From: a virus
Virus record (IMG/VR): IMGVR_UViG_3300035564_000075
Location: 1 to 64,000 of that record
Reading direction: 5' to 3' (one strand)
DNA: 64,000 bases
Both the position numbers and the translations under genes were made by a program. A model generated the notes under the pieces. The model was given only the letters and a program-made list of their open reading frames with translations, made no database searches and had not been told where the DNA came from. This document shows, piece after piece, positions 56,850 to 64,000 of the stretch. Numbering within the stretch: the stretch's first letter is position 1; the number at the start of each line of letters is the position of its first letter.

Positions 56850-57413
56850 TCAATTGAAGGGGGCTGACATTTGTGTGGCAGTGGTACTCGTTTCAGGAAC
56901 ATCTTGTGCCTCTTTCTCAATAAGGGATAGAAGTGAATGGGCTTCTGGCAGTTTCCATCCACCAGTAATACGAATCAGTTCCCATGGATGATAGTCGTCT
57001 GTCAAGCGCTGGATTCCCACTGATTTCTTACCAGCCAGTCCAGCAAGTACCTCTAAGGATTTCCAAGTGGCCCAATCAATCAACCATACCTGTCTCTTCA
57101 TAGTACCCACGGTACCCACGGCAAGATAGCCTTTCCCCTTGGCTTCCTGCCATGCATTGAGCCATTTCCTCTGCACATCCTTTATCTCTGCGAAGGCAAG
57201 AGACTTCTCACGATTGAGATTCACTGCCTTAGCTTCAATAACAGAACCAGCATGCAGAGGATTCAGATTGATTAGATCCGGCCTGCCTTGTTCGAAGTTC
57301 ACCACAGGCTTATGACAGTACTGACAAATCATGGCATCCCGAGCGTGGATGGGCCATAGCCCATAACGCTTGAGCATTTGGTAGACTTCTCTACGAATAT
57401 CACTTTCTTCCAT
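56850..57413 (-). CDS. PD-(D/E)XK nuclease, Holliday junction resolvase-like
   Basis: E..GRPDL..IEAK..Q motif set. Confidence 0.75.
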   Translation of the reverse strand: MEESDIRREVYQMLKRYGLWPIHARDAMICQYCHKPVVNFEQGRPDLINLNPLHAGSVIEAKAVNLNREKSLAFAEIKDVQRKWLNAWQEAKGKGYLAVGTVGTMKRQVWLIDWATWKSLEVLAGLAGKKSVGIQRLTDDYHPWELIRITGGWKLPEAHSLLSLIEKEAQDVPETSTTATQMSAPFN

Positions 57414-58590
57414 TTTCAAACTCCTTCCAATATCTTTCTACAGTTTGTTTGTGGTCATAGTCGCTTATAAACACGGATGCCATGCCATATTTATAAGTTC
57501 TTTCCAAAAGCAACTTCATCGATGGAGTTGGATGAGGAGAACCCACAAATGGCACTATGGTTTCTTCCTTATAGTCATCCAGAACCCAACCATTATCAGC
57601 CGCTACCAATCTGGGATCAGGATCGAAATGATTTAGAGCATATTGTGATGCCTTCCATGCAGTTTTCCAATCAGGTGCATCTACATCTACCCAATGCGTT
57701 GCACGATAAACTCGTACAGGAAACAAACGATAGATAGGCATTACAGTATCTCCTCTATCTCATGCTTTTTGAGATACTCCATCGTCTTGACCTTCCAGTT
57801 ATCCACTTCAGTCCAGTGCGGTAAAGTTCCACCAATACCAGGATCTAGAATCAGAACCCGCACAACTTCGGGGGAAGTCTTCCAATAGGTGGAGTGTATA
57901 CCAAAAGGCTTTTTCGCGTGATGAAGCTGTACACGGTTGCCATCATTACTTACCCATATCTTGAGTGTTTCAGCAGTATAAACAGGCAAGGAAAGAGTAT
58001 TCATCCATACACCGTTCTGCTCTTCGATATAGTGCTCGATCGTCTGGATTACGTCAACACGTGGTTTCTTATCCATTGTGCTCCTCCACAAACTCTAACC
58101 AGCTTTCATGCCAGTTCCAGTTATGAGTAAAGGCTTCAACATAGTGACTGATATACCAACCAGAGTATCCTTCCAATGGTTCTACTTCAATCTCTCTGCC
58201 TATCAGCTTTGCCATGTCTTCAGTGAAGTCGTCATCAAGACCATCAATATCTGCAGTAGTGCCAATCGGTATGTTCTTGACTATGGCTTTCATTATTGAC
58301 CTTTCAGAAAGTCGTTGACATCTGCAATGGTTGCTTTATCACGCATCTGAATCAACTTGGCTTTGAGAAGAATAATAGTCTCTTCAACACCATCCTCTTG
58401 TTTCTTCGCCTCACCCATCATTCGTTCTGTTGTTGTCTTGAATGAATCCTTATCTTCAGAAGGACCAGACAATACTGCCATCATTACTGAACCAAGCAAT
58501 GCATCAGAAGTAAACTTGGTCTTATAAGCATCCAGAGCAAGCATCAAAGTATCAATATCAGAATTGGTTAGTGGACTTGTCGTTGACATC

Positions 58591-59676
58591 TTATATCTCC
58601 TTTACAAAAGGACTCTTCTTAGTGGCTTGTTCAATTTCTGCAATCATGGCTATCGGATCACTGATACTAAATTGCACCATGTTGGTCAAGGCACTTTGAA
58701 TTGCACGTTCCAGAGTCTGTGGTACTATCATTACAAAGATGTTACCACCTGGGATGGCAGTCATTTGCCCATCATAGATTGTAAACTCGGGTTGTTTTGT
58801 CAGAACAGTTCTAACTGTCTTGTCAGCAGGATTGCTACTCCATGGCTTGACGGTTTCATCAGGAATTACTGCAAGGATAGCCGCAAAAGTGTCATTGAAT
58901 TTCTTTTGTGCCTTCTCCTTCTCCCCTGGTATCTGATCCTGAAGTTTATCAATTTGATCAACTAAGTCGTCATACTTCTCGGCTACAGTCTCGTAGTCGG
59001 GAGTGTCATGCATTCCCATGCCATCAAGTTTGTCCAGCTTGTCGTTCAGTCCGTCCCGTTCCACCCTTTTCTCCTTCAGTTGCTTGTCTAGACCAGTTGT
59101 AGTTGCAACCAGTTCATCAGCAGCATGGCGAATAAAGGGAATTGCGGCTCTTGTCCTAGACCAGTTATCTTCGATGGCAAGCACATCTTCAACACTCCAT
59201 CCAACTGCTTTCATTTGGGTAAGCATCGGGAAGAAGTCTTCCAGCAAGAATTTGATGTCATTGAGTTCCCCGCCTCTATCACGAATTCCAGCATCTACCA
59301 GAAATTCGATGACAGTCTCATATTCACCAAAATGATAGGCACCAGTCTGTTTGACTTTCCACGCTAGAAACGCAAAAGCACGATCGAAGGCTTCACTCTT
59401 CTTTCTAGCATGAATCACGGCAGACATCAGAGACTTTGCCATCTCACGTGTGCGAACAAGCATTTCTGAAGGATCTGGAATTGGACGACCAGCAATTTCT
59501 GCTTCCTTTACGGCTTTCAGGTGCTCACTCCAGAATACAGCAGAGTACAAGTCTTTTGCAATATCTTTCTCCATGCCAGGATAGTCCTCGGTCATCCAGC
59601 GTGGTACATCCTTGATAGGCGGCTCTGGAATCTCCCACTGCTCCATATCTGCGGTCATTGTGCTTAGATCAAACAT
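58591..59676 (-). CDS. coiled-coil hypothetical protein
   Basis: 361-aa ORF, AGGAG RBS. Confidence 0.7.
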   Translation of the reverse strand: MFDLSTMTADMEQWEIPEPPIKDVPRWMTEDYPGMEKDIAKDLYSAVFWSEHLKAVKEAEIAGRPIPDPSEMLVRTREMAKSLMSAVIHARKKSEAFDRAFAFLAWKVKQTGAYHFGEYETVIEFLVDAGIRDRGGELNDIKFLLEDFFPMLTQMKAVGWSVEDVLAIEDNWSRTRAAIPFIRHAADELVATTTGLDKQLKEKRVERDGLNDKLDKLDGMGMHDTPDYETVAEKYDDLVDQIDKLQDQIPGEKEKAQKKFNDTFAAILAVIPDETVKPWSSNPADKTVRTVLTKQPEFTIYDGQMTAIPGGNIFVMIVPQTLERAIQSALTNMVQFSISDPIAMIAEIEQATKKSPFVKEI

Positions 59677-59685
59677 ATTGTCTCC

Positions 59686-59865
59686 TTATAAGTCCAGTTC
59701 ATCCAGAACATGCAAATCATGTTCCATGGGAACTGATACCTCATCACCGTCTGGAGTATATCCCACAATCTCACCGTTGTCAATATGATCAACAGTGAAT
59801 GGAACATTTCCATCAGACTCAATAACTATGTCACCTTCATTGGGCAATGCGCCATCCAAGTTCAT
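59686..59865 (-). CDS. 59-aa acidic protein (not in ORF track)
   Basis: TAATG overlap with ParB-like stop; MNLDGALPNEGD...LDELDL*. Confidence 0.6.
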   Translation of the reverse strand: MNLDGALPNEGDIVIESDGNVPFTVDHIDNGEIVGYTPDGDEVSVPMEHDLHVLDELDL

Positions 59866-60647
59866 TATTCCTCCTGTGCAAGAAGTTTGTCAATATGAGC
59901 CTTGCCTCTCATAACAGCTTGTTCTGGATCGCTCGTTATTAGAATCTCACGAATTTCCATTAAATCATCTCGTGTGAAGATCCTGCGTGGATTGCCAGGA
60001 CCCGAGAATGACATAGTTACAGCAGTTGCTTCTGCCTGTGTCAAGCGATGATGTGCCATAACCATGTCCATGGTCAGTTTCTTCTTGGGGCTCTGCTCCA
60101 TCTCGATCTTGCATTCTGCCTGAACTGGCGTAGATAGCTTGCCAACCTCTTTGGCAACATTTACAACCATATTGCCCTGTTGGATAGCAACAAGTGCCCA
60201 GTCCGGAACTCTGGCAAAGTCCATATCCAGCTTTTTCACGTAAGTAACGGAAGTGCCAATAAGTTTCGAAATTACTGTGTAATTCTTTCCCGCTAATAGC
60301 AGCTTTTTCACAGCTTGATAGTCAGAGACAGGATTTGCACTGGATTGAGCATTTTCAACCAGTGTGATCCAACCACCATCCTCTTCATCACCCTTGAGAA
60401 TGCGAACATCAATATTTCCACTGGAACGACCATCTTCTTTCAATTGTCGCACTGCTAGCAATCTCCGTCTGCCAGCTTCCAGATGAAATATCCCAAGATC
60501 ATCCATCCTGACTATAATTGGGTTCAGTTGCCGAATTGCCATAGTGTCAACAAAGCCCTTATCAGGTTTTTGCCGATTTATATCACTATTTTTGGGCAAG
60601 CGGTTATCATCACAATCCCATACTTGGTCGTCAACCCATGTAAGCAT
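59865..60647 (-). CDS. ParB-like protein (ParB-N domain + HTH)
   Basis: QLNPIIVR..AGRRRLLA..LVEN; ISKLIGTSVTYV. Confidence 0.8.
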   Translation of the reverse strand: MLTWVDDQVWDCDDNRLPKNSDINRQKPDKGFVDTMAIRQLNPIIVRMDDLGIFHLEAGRRRLLAVRQLKEDGRSSGNIDVRILKGDEEDGGWITLVENAQSSANPVSDYQAVKKLLLAGKNYTVISKLIGTSVTYVKKLDMDFARVPDWALVAIQQGNMVVNVAKEVGKLSTPVQAECKIEMEQSPKKKLTMDMVMAHHRLTQAEATAVTMSFSGPGNPRRIFTRDDLMEIREILITSDPEQAVMRGKAHIDKLLAQEE

Positions 60648-60892
60648 ATTAGCCTCCTCTTACGCTATTTTTGAACTCGGATAGCATTTCACCAACCATA
60701 TTCAGCACACCAGATAATGCTTCTGCTTCTTCTGCCGAAAACTCATATGAAACTTTAGATTTGCTTCCATCTGCAAAAGCAAGTTCCAGAGTCATATCTG
60801 GAGAGGCAAGCAAGTCAAGTTGTTTTTTCAGCAAGCCAACATCAACGCCATCTATACATAACCGTTGCAGCTTATTTGCCACTTTTGTCTCC

Positions 60893-61687
60893 CTATAGGC
60901 TAACAATCTTTACAACTTGCAAACGTTCATCCAGTGATTTGAGTGCATCCAGTGCAGCTTTCTCAGTATGCATCTCTTTATCTTCATAAACACGCCAATA
61001 AGCCATTCTGCCAATTGGCAGTTTGAAGAATGCAGCAGGATAGAATTCGGTACCATCCAGAACCTTTGCACCAGTGTAGGTAAAGGATGGCATAGTTCTC
61101 TTTACTGCATCTGTATCCTTGCCAAGAGGTTCACCATCAACCAGTGCATCATAGAGAATGCGATGGCAAGTGATACCAAAGTCAACATGATTGTCATTAT
61201 GGTCTGGAATGTCTCTAGGACACTTCCTGGCACCTACATTACGCCAATATGGAGTAGGATCTACAATGCCAGCACGAGCATGTACTGCATAGTAGTTACT
61301 CTCTGGTGTAAGCAGATTGAATTGCAATGTGCGTTGCACAAGCTGGTGGAATCCCAGTTTCATCACTTCTTCCAGCCAGTCCATAGGATTAGGATAGTTC
61401 TCTGCACCAATCCAATCCCACATATCATAAACTTGCTTTCCTTCCTTGTTGAAAACAGGAAATATGTCCGTCTTAATAGTTTCAAGATTCAGTGCATGTG
61501 TATATCTTGGCCGAAGATCCATACCCTGTCGTGATATATCAAAATTGTCAGTAAGTGGAATGGTGGGACAAATTGCAAATGCCCATACTGGCATTCCCGC
61601 AACTTCACCCTTTTCGTCTACATCAACTACGATATAGGCTTTTCCAGGTTGTGGCATTCCACAACCACGTGGCAGGATTCTATTCAC
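60893..61687 (-). CDS. hypothetical protein
   Basis: long ORF; GTG start after AAAGGA. Confidence 0.6.
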   Translation of the reverse strand: MNRILPRGCGMPQPGKAYIVVDVDEKGEVAGMPVWAFAICPTIPLTDNFDISRQGMDLRPRYTHALNLETIKTDIFPVFNKEGKQVYDMWDWIGAENYPNPMDWLEEVMKLGFHQLVQRTLQFNLLTPESNYYAVHARAGIVDPTPYWRNVGARKCPRDIPDHNDNHVDFGITCHRILYDALVDGEPLGKDTDAVKRTMPSFTYTGAKVLDGTEFYPAAFFKLPIGRMAYWRVYEDKEMHTEKAALDALKSLDERLQVVKIVSL

Positions 61688-62057
61688 GTTGCTTCCTTTC
61701 TCTTTTGAAGGGAATCTTCTCAATCAATTTCACTTTCTTGGCAAGATGAGTTCCTTTTGGAAGTTCTGCTAGAAGCTTGGAGTATGAACGTGGCGTCCAT
61801 ATCTTCACTCCATCACTGGGTACATACTCACACATGTATATTGCAACATGGTAAGTTCTGCCCACATAATCCCTCTTGAGAAATACCCTAGCAGCCTCTT
61901 TAGACGAGAACACACAAAGAGGACCAAAATTATACATTGGCACCGTCCATCTATTGATATGGTATTTATGCAGGCCAATCATTGTGTATGAGGTTTTACT
62001 TCCATTCACTTCACTGACAACCTTATATCCATATTTAGTCTTTTCTTTTGTGCTCAT
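61680..62057 (-). CDS. GYKVV-family paralog 1
   Basis: GYKVV..GPLCVF..CEYVPS..LPKGT..AKKV. Confidence 0.75.
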   Translation of the reverse strand: MSTKEKTKYGYKVVSEVNGSKTSYTMIGLHKYHINRWTVPMYNFGPLCVFSSKEAARVFLKRDYVGRTYHVAIYMCEYVPSDGVKIWTPRSYSKLLAELPKGTHLAKKVKLIEKIPFKRERKQRE

Positions 62058-62441
62058 TTACCACTTCCTTACTAGCTCAATGAGTTTTACTTTCTTGGCA
62101 AGTTTCGTTGTATACGGCAAAAGAAGCATTGGCATAGTAGTTGGGTATGGATAGTTTGCCTTTGATGGCGTCCATACAGCTAACTCCGGAGATGGCACAT
62201 ACTCACACAGGTATAGTTCTCCTTCGCCAAACTTGAAGCTATCTGCTTGGTTTATCATAAACAGATAGGCTTCTGAAGAATCACTAAAAACGCATAGAGG
62301 TCCACATTTTCGTCTGGGATATACCCATTCATTTACCTTGTATTCAACAATGCTTCTGGGATACCTACCATAGATAATGATAGACATTCTCTTGTCACCC
62401 ACAACTCTTACTACCTTGTAACCCTGCAAAGTCTTAGCCAC
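62058..62441 (-). CDS. GYKVV-family paralog 2
   Basis: same motif set. Confidence 0.75.
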   Translation of the reverse strand: MAKTLQGYKVVRVVGDKRMSIIIYGRYPRSIVEYKVNEWVYPRRKCGPLCVFSDSSEAYLFMINQADSFKFGEGELYLCEYVPSPELAVWTPSKANYPYPTTMPMLLLPYTTKLAKKVKLIELVRKW

Positions 62442-62811
62442 GAACGCTCAACCTTTCTGGTGTCCCATATATCTTGACACATTCTGCTGTTTTGGTGCCA
62501 ATGGGTAACATTCCCTTTGAAAACGTAGTATCACCATCCCATAAACTGGAATCGCAAGATGGTACATACTCACATTCGAAAACATACATATTTGTTCTCT
62601 CGGGATTATATCCAACTTGTTCATACTTCCAGAATTCATACAGTTCATAAAGACTTTCGAATACACACAATGGTCCAAAAGTTGATCCATGAGTGACAAA
62701 CTCGTCCGGACGGTACACAACTTCTGCGCCTTTGCCTATATTCTCCAGCATAGAATAGTATTGTCCATTCCAATAACGTACTATCTTATAACCCTTTTGT
62801 GTCTGGGACAT
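62434..62811 (-). CDS. GYKVV-family paralog 3
   Basis: same motif set. Confidence 0.75.
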   Translation of the reverse strand: MSQTQKGYKIVRYWNGQYYSMLENIGKGAEVVYRPDEFVTHGSTFGPLCVFESLYELYEFWKYEQVGYNPERTNMYVFECEYVPSCDSSLWDGDTTFSKGMLPIGTKTAECVKIYGTPERLSVRG

Positions 62812-63020
62812 TCTCTATCTTTCCTTCCTCTGCAAGATATTGAATCTGAAACTTGATTTCATCAATCAAAGCAACATCACCAAGTGCATCCTTTACAGCT
62901 TCTGCGATAGTATTGAGATCTTTTTTGGACATGCGCTTATATCCGTAATCAACAACATCGGCAAAGTCTACTGTGAACGTAACCGTCATCTTCTTAGAAC
63001 TTTGTGCTTGTTTGCTCATA

Positions 63021-63437
63021 CTACCTCATCATAGTTATTCTAGCTTCCATTGTGTCCATTCTTTTGTAAAGTTGTGTGATAATCACCACTTTAGCAAGAT
63101 AGGTGCCATAGGGTAGAATATTCTTTGGCGTTCTATCATATCCAATTGAAATTCCATCATCAGCAACATAAATAGCTCTTGCATAAGATGGAATAAATCT
63201 ACACGTATAGATTTCTCCAATCTTATCACCATGACTTGTTGACTTTAATTCTCCTAGTAGGAAGTCAAATGCTCTCTTATAGTTGCCAAACACACATATA
63301 GGGCCGCAATTCTTCTGTGGAAGAGTGGGTTCCCACAACTTATACTCAAGCATTCCCTGAGGTCTGTCTTCTATAAAAGACACCCTCTTATCTCCTTTGA
63401 CAAGAACAACCTTGTAGCCAAACTTGTAATCGTTCAT
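63021..63437 (-). CDS. GYKVV-family paralog 4
   Basis: GYKVV..GPICVF..CRFIPS..LPYGT..AKVV. Confidence 0.75.
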   Translation of the reverse strand: MNDYKFGYKVVLVKGDKRVSFIEDRPQGMLEYKLWEPTLPQKNCGPICVFGNYKRAFDFLLGELKSTSHGDKIGEIYTCRFIPSYARAIYVADDGISIGYDRTPKNILPYGTYLAKVVIITQLYKRMDTMEARITMMR

Positions 63438-63976
63438 TCTTTCCTTTCTGGCTTATAACCTGTGGTGTCCAACCATGTCTTGTCTATCATCATGCTAGCA
63501 ATATGCTTGGAATAGACAGGTACATTCAATATCTCTGCAGCCACTGCTATGGCAACATCATGGTTGAAAAACCAACTGTCGGTAACTGCATCAGTATTAC
63601 GTTGCACAATCCCGATTATCTTGGCACCCCACGATCGTAGAACAAAGGTATGTCGCAGATCGTGCCAACGCCCAGGCTTGGTATTTCCTTCAGGACCATA
63701 CCAGATGTCTACTGTACCATAGAGATTGAGTAGGCAGTATACAGCTTGTGGATGGTCATCATACTCCTTTAGAGCCTCAAAGTTGGGCGAGGAATATAAA
63801 CCGCAGGTGCAATCCTTACCGATCGTACCAGTGAAACCAGGATTGCATTTCTCACACTCTGCAATCATCCTACGGTCAGCAGACCAGAGAAACTCTTGTC
63901 TACCATATCTCACTACTGGTGAACTGAATGCTTTCTTGTCAAGATCCAGCACCAGGATCTTCATGCTTAGTAACAT
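63434..63976 (-). CDS. hypothetical protein
   Basis: 180-aa ORF, CTCGLYS motif. Confidence 0.6.
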   Translation of the reverse strand: MLLSMKILVLDLDKKAFSSPVVRYGRQEFLWSADRRMIAECEKCNPGFTGTIGKDCTCGLYSSPNFEALKEYDDHPQAVYCLLNLYGTVDIWYGPEGNTKPGRWHDLRHTFVLRSWGAKIIGIVQRNTDAVTDSWFFNHDVAIAVAAEILNVPVYSKHIASMMIDKTWLDTTGYKPERKE

Positions 63977-64000
63977 ATTACTCCATTTCCCAACGGAAAC

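Larger units (their letters stand above)
3691..63262. repeat. dispersed palindrome TCCTANTAGGA, at least 15 copies
   Basis: starts at 3691, 6352, 12305, 12991, 19685, 21432, 30264, 34339, 39480, 40100, 41990, 51271, 54168, 55007, 63252. Confidence 0.9.

Noticed and set aside
3691-63262. Palindrome as FRT site, CRISPR repeat or canonical parS
   Set aside because: It has a 1-bp centre rather than FRT's 8-bp spacer, copies are dispersed without regular spacers, and it does not match TGTTTCACGTGAAACA.
1-64000. Integrase, att site, CRISPR array, rRNA, tmRNA, reverse transcriptase/DGR
   Set aside because: No supporting motifs or repeats were recognised; they could lie outside the window.

Overview
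About 64 kb of a tailed dsDNA phage genome with siphovirus-like gene order. The host cannot be determined from sequence; AGGAG RBSs and sigma70-type extended -10 promoters point to a bacterium. + strand 1-41.6 kb: an array of 32 tRNA/tRNA-like genes interspersed with structured spacer RNAs and a few CDSs, then glycan-modifying enzymes, bacterioferritin, terminase, portal, capsid, tail and lysis genes. - strand 41.6-64 kb: nucleotide metabolism, recombination, replication genes and many small early-type genes. Three signals stand out. (1) The ~2870-aa tape-measure protein carries in its N-terminal half the ordered catalytic motifs of a single-chain two-barrel RNA polymerase (K..K, RxP, DFDAD), suggesting a tail-delivered virion RNAP. 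(2) The palindrome TCCTANTAGGA occurs at least 15 times across the window. (3) 20 of 31 canonical tRNAs have C instead of the near-universal U33, and 8 have C55. All calls are by-eye motif recognition; no searches were run.
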